Under the pieces are notes generated by a model. It searched no databases. It was not told the DNA's origin and worked only from the letters and a program-made list of their open reading frames with translations. A stretch of 64,000 nt of DNA, from contig CM119378.1 in NCBI GenBank assembly GCA_051294905.1, positions 20,274,001 to 20,338,000 of the forward strand, in the 5' to 3' direction. A program made the position numbers and the translations under genes. Of this stretch, positions 1-11,010 are shown piece after piece. Each line of letters begins with the position of its first letter. Position 1 is the stretch's first letter. This DNA comes from Botryllus schlosseri. Lineage: Eukaryota.

Positions 1-848
1 GATAGCCTAATATGCCCTATATTAATGTACACGATACCTAGCGAAGATTCGGCCCACATAATGCCACAATGCTGAAGCACATATCGGCGTTTTAAACGTC
101 GCTAAATGTATCAACCGCGGTAATCAAAGGATATAATAATTGCATAAAATCAGTACATTCCGTCGCTTTGCCAACCATTTCGACGAGGACTTACCAAGGA
201 ATATAAGCTTACGCCTTAACGGTCTTAGCCAGACCGGACAATGTGTTCGGAGTCTGAGTATTGCTACATTGATATTGAGCAGAGTGTACAACGGGTTTCT
301 ATACTCGCTACCGATACCACAAACAGCAAGTTATGCAGCAGTAGCACGCACCTTAATCGCACGGATTTGGTTTTAATGATACAGTAAAGATATGAAGCCA
401 AGATTGACCCAGTACGACCGTTCGATTTTTTACATCAGAAGACGATATCAATGTCATTGATTGGTTGACTAAGCATCATTCGCTGACTACGTATATCGGT
501 TGCAGGTCAGGCTCACAGCAGAGAGTCACTAAATATTCACACACGGAAAGCTGGATATTCCGAGAAAATTTTTGCAACAAAACAAGTAAAACTTTTAAGG
601 TTGTCGAGGTGCACGGTGCATGCTCGTTTAGTGTTGATTTTTTATGCTGCCAGCACCATGCATGAAGTGGCCCGCAGTTGAAATGCAATAAATTTGAGCC
701 AAAGATCTTATAATGGAGTGAAAATTACAATTTACCTAAAGGTTCACAGTGCAGAACCTACCAAGGTTCTGTTGTGAACGCGAACCTCTAAATTCCCGAG
801 GTTCACACACAGAACGCGAACGTGAACCTCACGTTCACACCATCCCTA
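1..848. mobile_element. Right part of a non-autonomous hAT-like DNA transposon, truncated by the window edge
   Basis: Ends in ...GTTCACACCATCCCTA (848). The sequence is colinear and homologous with the copy at 48419-49415, which has both TIRs and an 8-bp TSD. Subterminal GAACGTGAAC repeats. Confidence 0.8.
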
Positions 849-1139
849 GTATCAACCGGACATCCACCCGTAGCACAAATAGCAGACAAACGCAACCAAA
901 GGCACACAAAACACAAGAAATAACACCCATTGGACGACGCGGCAATACAACATAAAGCTAAACAACACGCAAATACCAATTGGGGCAAAACAAAGGAGGG
1001 GACAGATAAGCATCCGACACACACGACAACAACGATACGGCACGCCAACAACGATACGGAAAGGCGATTAAAAATCTGGCACACTCTCACACACGCGGGA
1101 GACACTGACAGTGACTGTCCGTCCGTCCGTCCGTCAATC

Positions 1140-3430
1140 AATCAACGAAACAACGGGGATGAAACTACAATTTCCGTTAAGAGGGTGAAACTACGTTGTG
1201 CAATGGAACATTCCAACGAGGGTGAAACAGGTAATCAACGAAACAACGGGGATGAAAGTAAAATTTTCGGTAAGAGGGTTAAATGTTGTGAAATGGAACC
1301 TTTCAACGAGGCTGAAACAGGTAATCAACGAAACAACGATGACACTACAATTGTCGTTAAGAGGGTGAAACTATGTTGTGCAATAGAACATGTCATCGAG
1401 GGTGAAACAGTCGATCAACGAAACAACGAGGAGGAAACTACAATTTTCGTTAAGAGGGTGAAACTATGTTGTGAAATGGAACCTTTCCAACGAGGGTGAA
1501 ACAGGTAATCAACGAAACAACGAGGATGAAACTAAAATTTTCGTTTAAGAGGGTGAAACTATGTTGTGAAATGGAACCTTTCAACGAGGGTGAAACAGAT
1601 AATCAACGAAACAACGAGGATGAAACTAAAATTTTCGTTTAAGAGGGTGAAACTATGTTGTGAAATGGAACATTTCAACGAGGGTGAAACAGATAAATCA
1701 ACGAAACAACGAGGATGAAACTAAAATTTTCGTTTAAGAGGGTGAAACTATGTTGTGAAATGGAACATTTCAACGAGGGTGAAACAGATAATCAACGAAA
1801 CAACGAGGATGATACTACAATTTTCGTTTAAGAGGGTGAAACTATGTTGTGAAATGGAACATTTCAACGAGGGTGAAACAGATAAATCAACGAAACAACG
1901 AGGATGAAACTACAATTTTCGTTAAGAGGGTGAAACTATGTTGTGAAATGGAACATTTCAACGAGGGTGAAACAGATAATCAACGAAACAACGAGGATGA
2001 AACTACAATTTTCGTTTAAGAGGGTGAAACTATGTTGTGAAATGGAACATTTCAACGAGGGTGAAACAGATAATCAACGAAACAACGAGGATGAAACTAC
2101 AATTTTCGTTAAGAGGGTGAAACTATGTTGTGAAATGGAACCTTTCCAACGAGGGTGAAACAGGTAATCAACGAAACAACGAGGATGAAACTAAAATTTT
2201 CGTTTAAGAGGGTGAAACTATGTTGTGAAATGGAACATTTCAACGAGGGTGAAACAGATAATCAACGAAACAACGAGGATGAAACTAAAATTTTCGTTTA
2301 AGAGGGTGAAACTATGTTGTGAAATGGAACATTTCAACGAGGGTGAAACAGATAAATCAACGAAACAACGAGGATGAAACTACAATTTTCGTTAAGAGGG
2401 TGAAACTATGTTGTGAAATGGAACATTTCAACGAGGGTGAAACAGATAATCAACGAAACAACGAGGATGAAACTACAATTTTCGTTAAGAGGGTGAAACT
2501 ATGTTGTGAAATGGAACATTTCAACGAGGGTGAAACAGATAAATCAACGAAACAACGAGGATGAAACTACAATTTTCGTTTAAGAGGGTGAAACTATGTT
2601 GTGAAATGGAACATTTCAACGAGGGTGAAACAGATAAATCAACGAAACAACGAGGATGAAACTACAATTTTCGTTAAGAGGGTGAAACTATGTTGTGAAA
2701 TGGAACATTTCAACGAGGGTGAAACAGATAAATCAACGAAACAACGAGGATGAAACTACAATTTTCGTTTAAGAGGGTGAAACTATGTTGTGAAATGGAA
2801 CATTTCAACGAGGGTGAAACAGATAAATCAACGAAACAACGAGGATGAAACTACAATTTTCGTTAAGAGGGTGAAACTATGTTGTGAAATGGAACATTTC
2901 AACGAGGGTGAAACAGATAAATCAACGAAACAACGAGGATGAAACTACAATTTTCGTTTAAGAGGGTGAAACTATGTTGTGAAATGGAACATTTCAACGA
3001 GGGTGAAACAGATAAATCAACGAAACAACGAGGATGAAACTACAATTTTCGTGTAAGAGGGTGAAACTATGTTGTGAAATGGAACATTTCAACGAGGGTG
3101 AAACAGATAAATCAACGAAACAACGAGGATGAAACTACAATTTTCGTTAAGAGGGTGAAACTATGTTGTGAAATGGAACATTTCAACGAGGGTGAAACAG
3201 ATAATCAACGAAACAACGAGGATGAAACTAAAATTTTCGTTAAGAGGGTGAAACTATGTAGTGAAATAGAACCTTTCAACGAGGGTGAAACAGGTAATCA
3301 ACGAAACAACGAGGATGAAACTACAATTTTCGTTAATAGATGGTGAAACTATGTAGTGAAATGGAACCTTTCAACGAGGGTTAAACAGGTAATCAACGAA
3401 ACAACGAGGATGAAACTACAATTTTCGAAG
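1140..3430 (+). repeat. 93-bp tandem repeat array (about 24-25 units) preceded by a (GTCC)4 microsatellite at 1117-1132
   Basis: Unit AATCAACGAAACAACGAGGATGAAACTACAATTTTCGTTAAGAGGGTGAAACTATGTTGTGAAATGGAACATTTCAACGAGGGTGAAACAGAT. Each unit holds three GAGG(G/A)TGAAAC sub-motifs. Edge units are diverged and central units are near-identical. Confidence 0.95.
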
Positions 3431-3573
3431 AGGGTGAAGCTAAAGTCTTCGTGACGAGGGTGAAACTAGAATTATCGACAGTCAAACCTTCATATATTGA
3501 AGAATCGACGATGTAACGTGGGTGTGAAATTATAATCGACGTTCTGGCAAGGGTGAAACTGGAATATATAGTT

Positions 3574-3761
3574 ACGGGTGTTGAAAGACCGACGATACAA
3601 CAACAAGACTGAAACAAAACATAGCGTGATGCACAAGCACAAGCACCCAGATACCAACAGACGTACATATACGGGTGTTGAAAGACCGACGATCCAACAA
3701 CAAGACTGAAACAAAACATAGCGTGATGCACAAGCACAAAGATACCAACAGACGTACATAT
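3574..3761 (+). repeat. About 97-bp direct tandem duplication
   Basis: ACGGGTGTTGAAAGACCGACGAT...CAGACGTACATAT starts at both 3574 and 3671. Confidence 0.85.
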
Positions 3762-5761
3762 ACCAAAAAAAAACAGAACAAACACACATATGAAGAGATC
3801 TGCAAATGTTGTACTGACAAACAACCACTCGTTTACTTTGCACAAACCCACCTGGAACACGCTTACGATCACGCGGGAATCGACTTGTAATCGAAGGACA
3901 CTGGCACACTATCCAAATCCTGCATGAACTATATGAAAGATGAAAAATCAAACATGACGTCGACAAGATGAGTGTAAGAGCAACGGCGACACCGCACCGA
4001 TGTCGACACGAGCTATGATCACTATGGCATCGTTCAACCCAACAATCAGTCCACAGAAACGATTCGTACTATCGCTGGTAAACAAGCCACACCAAAAACT
4101 AGCTTGACATAAAATTTTGAAACATAGATTTCTGTTGGAATTCGATTTTTTGATACAATTATGAAAAGCCGAATAGTGTAGCTAGAAACCAGTCCCGGAA
4201 CACCCGACGATGACCGACGAACCATTTACCGCACTTCGTCAGGGGTTATAGCGGTAAACGGCAGGGCATCACCTCCCCTTTTCTGTCGCTTAGCCGGCGA
4301 AGTAAATAGCCCGAAGGGGTCGTTGCGATGTGCATAGAAAATACACACATCGGCGTCGAGTCGTCAAGCGTTCCTGACTAAACATGGTTTATCAACAACC
4401 GAGGACAACTATAGCGGATAGCTTATCAGCGAAACAGCACAAATCACTAACACGGCTATCTACGTTCCTACCACCTCGTTACCGTTCTGTACCCCGTAAG
4501 ATACTCAAACTTCCACGTCGGATTGGAGGCTCCACAGTCCGCACACGCCAGAAATGAATGAGAACCAATCGCTATCCCTGCGCTAGTAATATCAGGCAGC
4601 GGCGAAAAAAGACCATCCTCTAATGAAATCAAGAAACTATGATTGCTACCTTAATTGGTGACTGCCGATAATAACTCAGGTAGCAATTGTAATCACGACA
4701 AAACCAGAGAAGGAGACTTTGTGATCTAGGTTCCTCATCGCCACCCGGTCAGCATTAGTGGTGTCTCGCAATATCTTCGAACGGTGGTTCTCAGCCTTTA
4801 TGATGTCGCAACACTCTCTGACAAGGAAGCATTGTTTGCGGCACCCTAGTACTTGAAATACACTGATTGTCATGTTTGGGGAGTAGATGACTAACATAAT
4901 GATCTTCAACCTATGTAATATCTCTGTTCAGCCCAGATTCTGATGCTGTTGAGCAAAACATGTCATCACTTTCGGAAAAGCCATTGTATCACGCACTGCA
5001 GGCGATGGCCAATGTTACGTCATCAGCTTCCCATTGATTCTATAAATTTAGATGTCCCTTCAGCAAACGATAAATACGGTTTTATCTCTAATTGAAGTAG
5101 AATGTGTAAAGAACATATTTGCACAGCATTTTTCTTAGAAATCCATATATTGGAACTGCAGTAAAATGCAGGTCAGCGCATCATTAGCTATATTTATGGC
5201 ACTTTTTTTTAAAACTATTACCACTTTCTCGGCGCGGTCAAGCCAGGTAATAATTCAAAATTGTATTGTTCTAAAACAGTGATTCTCAACCGCCGGTCAG
5301 TGGCGGGTTTCCTGCCGGTCGGCCAAATATATTAGAATTTTATATATCAATTTTGAAATGCAATAAGAAGGACTGAGGCCCATTTATTAGAGAAATGAAA
5401 CATTAAATTTTAAATTGAATCAGACGTTCGGAACTTATTTTTAGTATGACGTCATAGTAGTTCATGGTCTACATACTCTAGACGTCGGACGTCACAAGCG
5501 TTGTACTAGAGCAGGGGTGGGCAACCTGCGGCCGTGGAGGTATAATTGTGCGGCCGTGAGCGCGTGATGTGAAATGCATGTGCTGGCGGCCGTGTGTTGA
5601 TGGATCATATGTTACATGTATGATAAAACTTATTGCGACGATGGAGGGTATTGTTAAATCACTGTGGTAAACTCTTTCACTGCATACTCTGTGACTGCGT
5701 TTCCAGCTGCTTCAATCGACATAATATAATACTGCAACCTACCCACTAAGAGACGGACCTG

Positions 5762-5843
5762 CGGGGCTCGTTCACTTTCGGACCAAACTCACTACATCCT
5801 TACGGGGAAAATGTGTTTTTGGTCCGAAAGTGAACGAGCCCCG
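5762..5843. repeat. Perfect 26-bp inverted repeat with 30-nt loop inside the hAT left arm
   Basis: CGGGGCTCGTTCACTTTCGGACCAAA (5762-5787) and its exact reverse complement (5818-5843). Confidence 0.9.
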
Positions 5844-6445
5844 TCCTCGTCCGGGTTCTTCAATTTCAGATTTGCTTATTAGGCTTCCTGCGATACGAAT
5901 ATGCGACTATCGTGCACTTTATCGAGAGTTGAGGGCACAATAATGATTGCTAAATATAGATCTGCTTCTTATCTGTATGTATTGGAGTCAACCATTATGA
6001 AATTGACCAATCCTCATGTATGTGGACTGAAGGAGTTTCTATACAATCTTGAAAGTTTCCATTAACATGAACCCGTAATTGTCTGTGTAACGCCTTCAGT
6101 GAATTGAATAATTTTATTTCCAGTCGTCACTTGTCATGACTACCGGTTGCCGGTAAAGCTGACTTCGCCTAGCGTTTTATTATTGCATTGTTACGTCACA
6201 CTTCGCCAATGTCGGTTAAGTATGAGGACCAAGGACTAAGCTTAGTCAGTCTTGTCGCGAAGTCCAAATGTGAGTGTCCTATTGGCGGTACTGCGATAGG
6301 TTGAACCGTAGTTATAAAAGCCTTGGTAAGCGGATAACATTGAGTGGGTCTGGGTGTATTGAGCAAACGGAAAGAGAATAATACATTGAGACAAAACTTT
6401 TTCCTTATAGCCCAATTACATTATAAAGTTAGTCTACATCGCAAT

Positions 6446-8263
6446 ATGTCAGTAAAACGAAAAAGAACAGTAACAGAGGAGAAGAGGGCATTTAATAACA
6501 AATGGGAGTTGGATTATTTTATGGTAGAAACGGCAGCCCATACTATGATGTGTCTGATATGCAATCAAGTGGTCAAAACTGTTAAAGGAGATAATGCAAG
6601 GCAGCATTTTCGTCGTCATGTGTCACACAAGTACGCAAAAATGGTGGGTGAGTCGAGGAAAAGTTGTCTCGAACGTTTGAAGAAAAGTGTGCAAATGCAG
6701 ACATCTTGCATATCAGCTTTCATTCAGTCGAAAAATAAGTTGTGCGAAGCGTCTTATATAGTCGCATATCATCTTGGTGCAGCGGGAAAGCCTTATTCAG
6801 ATGGCGAACTACATAAGCGATGTCTCGTGGACGTTGTTAGGTGCATTCATCCTGGTAAGGAAACTGATTATTCTCCAATTGCTCTCTCGCGTCGTACAAT
6901 TCAGCGTCGGCAAGATGATATCGCCAAACAGTTGACGATCTCCATACAGACAAAGGTTAATGAGGAAGCAACTTTATTTTCACTGGCTATCGACGAATCG
7001 ACTGACATTAAGGACTCTGCACAACTATTGATCTTCATTCGCTCTCTGTCTCCAAATTTTGAGTTCTGCGAAGATCTGCTCTCAATGGAAACACTCTCCA
7101 CCCACACTCGTGGTGAAGACATATTTGGGGCTGTTAAGAATGCTTGCATTCGCAATGGATTAGACTTGAAAAATCTTCGCGGTATTTGTACAGATGGAGC
7201 ACCTGCAATGCTAGGTAACACAAATGGCTTTGTGACAAGATTTTCAGAATTCGTGTCGAAAGAGTACGATAATAACCAGCTCACAAACCTTCATTGTATT
7301 ATCCACCAAGAAGCCCTGAGTGTCAAATCTGTTGCCTTAAATGACACTTTGAAAGACGTCAATCGCATCATCTTGTACATTCGTGCAAATGGTCTTCATC
7401 ATAGGCAATTTCAAGAACTTCTGCAAGAGCGCGAAACGTCGGCAGAAGACATTCTCTACCACGCCGCAGTTCGTTGGTTGTCCCAAGGAGACACATCTCG
7501 TCGTGTTCTACAGTTGCGAGAAGAAATATTGGAATTTTATTCCTTAAAAAATAAAGACTGCCCCTTACAAAATGAGAGCTTTGTCATATATTTGTCGTTT
7601 CTTGTGGATCTTCTGTCCCATGTTAACATTTTAAACCGAAGCCTACAAGGAAAAGAAGAAACGATATGCACCGTGTACAAAAAAGTATCGGATTTTCGTG
7701 ACAAATGTCGTCTCCTTAAACTTCATAGTCAGCAGCGTGATTTTTTCCATTTTACACAACTTAAGTCTCTCATCGACAGCTGCGAAATAAAGATAGAAAA
7801 GATTCCGATCACTTTATTTTCGGGGATTTTTGATACTGTGTTGCAGGATTTCGCAGATCATTTCAAAGATTTCCAAAAAATATCACATACATTACGACTT
7901 GTTGCCTTTCCACACCTGGTGGAAACGGAAAGTGCTCCGCCACACCTTCAGATGAAGCTGTTGGAATTGAAGAATGATGAGCAGCTTGTGACAAAGTTCA
8001 AGTGCGAGGAAAATTTGATTGACACGTGGAAAATGGCCCATGAGTATCCACTTTTGCGAGAATTGGCTAGAGAAACTCTTGTTATTTTCGGAAGCACTTA
8101 CGTGTGCGAGTCTGCCTTTTCGCAAATGAAATACCTGAAAAACGAGTACCGAACTCGCTTGCTGAACGGAAACCTAGAGTCGCAACTAAGACTTATGGTG
8201 TCGCGTGAGGTTCCCAATTTTGCAAGTTTGTCATCTCGTATGCAAAATCAAGGAAGTCACTGA
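6446..8263 (+). CDS. hAT transposase, GTF2IRD2/ZBED/Buster-like, about 605 aa
   Basis: Likely ATG at 6446 inside ORF 6344-8263. N-terminal zinc finger (CLIC...RQHFRRH), FSLAIDESTD (first D), ICTDGAPAM (second D), HCIIH (CxxH), VRWLS and GSTYVCESAFS (catalytic E, dimerisation domain). Confidence 0.95.
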   Translation: MSVKRKRTVTEEKRAFNNKWELDYFMVETAAHTMMCLICNQVVKTVKGDNARQHFRRHVSHKYAKMVGESRKSCLERLKKSVQMQTSCISAFIQSKNKLCEASYIVAYHLGAAGKPYSDGELHKRCLVDVVRCIHPGKETDYSPIALSRRTIQRRQDDIAKQLTISIQTKVNEEATLFSLAIDESTDIKDSAQLLIFIRSLSPNFEFCEDLLSMETLSTHTRGEDIFGAVKNACIRNGLDLKNLRGICTDGAPAMLGNTNGFVTRFSEFVSKEYDNNQLTNLHCIIHQEALSVKSVALNDTLKDVNRIILYIRANGLHHRQFQELLQERETSAEDILYHAAVRWLSQGDTSRRVLQLREEILEFYSLKNKDCPLQNESFVIYLSFLVDLLSHVNILNRSLQGKEETICTVYKKVSDFRDKCRLLKLHSQQRDFFHFTQLKSLIDSCEIKIEKIPITLFSGIFDTVLQDFADHFKDFQKISHTLRLVAFPHLVETESAPPHLQMKLLELKNDEQLVTKFKCEENLIDTWKMAHEYPLLRELARETLVIFGSTYVCESAFSQMKYLKNEYRTRLLNGNLESQLRLMVSREVPNFASLSSRMQNQGSH

Positions 8264-9143
8264 TTTCAATGTTAGAGACTTTCCTTAAATATATTCGTTT
8301 CAAAATATGTTTGGTATTTATTAGATATGATAAGATTAGTAGAAATTAAGTTTTTACACAAAGCTAAAATGTCCTCCGAGGGCGGCCAAATGTCTTCGTA
8401 GGCAATTATACCGCGTCTTTATGCTTGTGGATTGCACTAAAGTGGCGTGAAATGTGGATTTCGGAATTCGCGACGGCAATGGGTATGGTTGACTTTATCA
8501 ACCCAAATAACGTTAACGGGTATTTCGGGATTCAAAACGGAAGATTGAGATTTTTTTAGTCAACTCACATATGGCTGGCGGCCGTATGGCGTCGAAGTAT
8601 TCGAAAGGCGGCCGTGGACGCCAAAAAGGTTGCCCACCTCTGTACTAGAGCGTCACAAGCGTTTTACTAAACCAGTGACTCCCAACCGCGGCCCCACAGT
8701 AGCCTCTTTGAAGTTCTGATTGAAATTCAAATATGCCGCAAAAATATAATGGGCGACACTTGTTTGTTTCGAGAAATAGTTCCAGTCAATTTTTGTATAT
8801 TGATGCTAAAATGAGGGATATTAGGATTTCTAAATCCGTCCAAGGCCGCTTCTGAAAACCAAGAAAGAGAATTCTTGCTGACTATAGCATCAAACGCATG
8901 GGTGAATAGTGAACACCAGTCAGAAAATTATATATCTTGAGTTCTACTGGTCATAGAACTTTATATATCATCTCTGTGAAGAGGAAATACGGCAAAAATT
9001 TACTGACATCAAAGTAACGGCTCATCGTCAAACATAAATTGCAATATTACCAATATTACTCGGCGTATACTCCCCCTCAAACTTGATGATTAAGTGCTGG
9101 AATGTATGAAGCGCTATTACATAAGCACATGAATAGTATGCTG

Positions 9144-10083
9144 CAGTGTTGAGATCAAGTCACTACCTTCGAATCACGAGTCATCTCGAGTCATTGAACA
9201 TTTTGACTCGAGTCAAGACAAGTCAAGTCAATCGATTTTCGAAGGTGAATCGAATCAAGTCAAGTCACTTGATTTTTGGAGGTGACTCGAGTCAAGTCAA
9301 GTCACGAGTCAAGTCACAATTCAAATCAAGTTGCCTTTTCGAATTATGAGTCTTGATTACGTCACCGTATTATGCTAGCTGTCTGAAATACAGATTGAGT
9401 GTTCATTGATTTTGAACCGATGAACAAATATAAAGTTAAATATACACGCAAGAAGGTGCTGTATCGCTTAACTACGTAAGTAATTGCATAGCCTCAGTTT
9501 ATAGTTACCATCTAAAATATAGAATAGAGAAACGAATTGATAAAATGCAATACATTACCCATTTACAAATTGATATGATACAAATCGAGCCTGCGACAAT
9601 AGTTGAGGACTATATAAACTATATTCGACTTCAATGTCAATAAAACAAGAGGTGTGGCTATGTTAATAACAGAGAACAGAAATAGATATTTTGCTATTAA
9701 ATGACTTTGCTATACTAGTTTACGACAACGCAAGCTGTAAGCTTCGATCACTTCGTTTGCGGTCAATTTATTTGTGAGAGAACAATGGAGGTTCAGTAAA
9801 ACGCACGATCATTGAACGATTGGTCCCTCTCACGGGTTACACCAGCGTTTCGGAAAAAATACGAGCATATGCAGGTTAGTGTGACTTTTACAGACCCTTA
9901 TTACTTGGTGACTTCAAATTGACTCGTGAATTTTGCTCCGAGTCACGAGTCAATCCACATTTCTGATACGCCGAGTCAAGTCAAGTCAAGTCATTTTAGC
10001 CAAGTGACTCGAGTCAAGTCATACGAAAAAGTAGACTCGAATCTGACTCGAGTCAAGTCATGACTGGAATCATCCCAACACTG
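9144..10083. mobile_element. Non-autonomous hAT-type element with GACTCGAGTC/CAAGT subterminal repeats
   Basis: TIRs CAGTGTTGAGAT / ATCCCAACACTG and perfect 8-bp TSD GTATGCTG. Related copies or fragments at 21447-21593, 28582-29091 and about 60165-60278. Confidence 0.9.
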
Positions 10084-10890
10084 GTATGCTGTAGTAATGA
10101 GTTGCATTTTCAGTGTATTTTAATGTATAGCACTTGCCAATTTTCGTCTATCAATGCTTAAATAAATGATATAGCATATATAGAAGTATATGTGCAATTG
10201 CGCAAGCTTTTGAATTATAGCTGGATGGTGGGACCAAGAGATAGGCTAACTGCCTTTAAATTTTTGTTATCAGTATCCAAGTGTTTTCGTGCGGCTCCAT
10301 AAGTAATCTGAAGTTGGAAATGCAGCTTAGACATCCAAAATAGTTGGGTACCACTGATAAAAAGCATTGGCTCTCAACCCTTTTCACCTTGCTGTGCGAA
10401 ATCAAATGCATCATTAGTTCCATGCACTCCGGAACTAGATCATCGTTATGAGGTTTCACCATTTCAAATAACAGTATAGAATAGATCCGAATCAGTTACA
10501 GAGTACAATAAAATATCTCTAATTTGAGTTGCGCTGAATACCGCTGGTTCTTCTTGAATTACACACCGTAAAGCATGTGCAACAGGAGTCTGTGCCTTTT
10601 CAATCACATTACGCAACATCGCAGGATTTCAAATACATACGATCTTCACCTAACGCAGTGTTTCTTAACCTTGTCGCCAGTGCCCCCAAAGGGGCGATTG
10701 GAATTTAAGGAGGAGTTTACGTTCAGGGGCGATTTGGGGGGCGGGGTTCAAAGGGGTGGCATGGGAGCCCGAGACTCAAGATTTTTGGGGGGCCTGCTAA
10801 ATGCTGTTTAGTTCATGCCAACAGGTACCCGCGCGAAGATATTTAATTATTATTTAGTGGTCCTACCTTTTCAAACACACCTCACTCGGC

Positions 10891-11010
10891 TCTACCGGTA
10901 AATCTGATTACGTGAGCAGAGAGAGAATAAATATTGATAGCAACATTTATGCAATTACCGATCATATTGACCGATTCAATCATGAATTAGAGAAATTTTT
11001 CGCGCGTGGC
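10891..11010 (+). repeat. Dispersed repeat shared with about 52239-52360
   Basis: TCTACC(G/C)GTAAATCTGATTACGTG(A/G)GCAGAGAGAG...TTGACCGATTC(A/G)ATCATGAATTAGAGAAA occurs at both sites. Further shared sequence at about 11150-11210 and 52790-52855. Confidence 0.7.

Larger units (their letters stand above)
5512..8642 (+). mobile_element. Autonomous-looking hAT transposon (Buster/Charlie/SPIN-type)
   Basis: 16-bp TIRs CAGGGGTGGGCAACCT / AGGTTGCCCACCTCTG (1 mismatch). Perfect 8-bp TSD TACTAGAG (5504-5511, 8643-8650). Contains an uninterrupted transposase ORF. Confidence 0.95.

Noticed and set aside
1016-1040. Similarity to the Polinton terminal region (reverse complement of about 63405-63430)
   Set aside because: Only about 15 matching bases in CA-rich sequence, with no colinear extension.
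803-1141. Hydrophobic Cys-rich minus-strand ORFs (also 3393-3966)
   Set aside because: They arise from GT-rich low-complexity and duplicated sequence and show no domain or splice support.
1140-3430. CRISPR array
   Set aside because: The units are contiguous near-identical repeats with no unique spacers, there are no cas genes, and the context is eukaryotic.
6901-8125. Antisense ORFs overlapping real CDSs (also 26933-27433, 32638-33563, 34938-35781, 37561-38028, 39050-40268)
   Set aside because: Shadow frames of genuine genes on the opposite strand.
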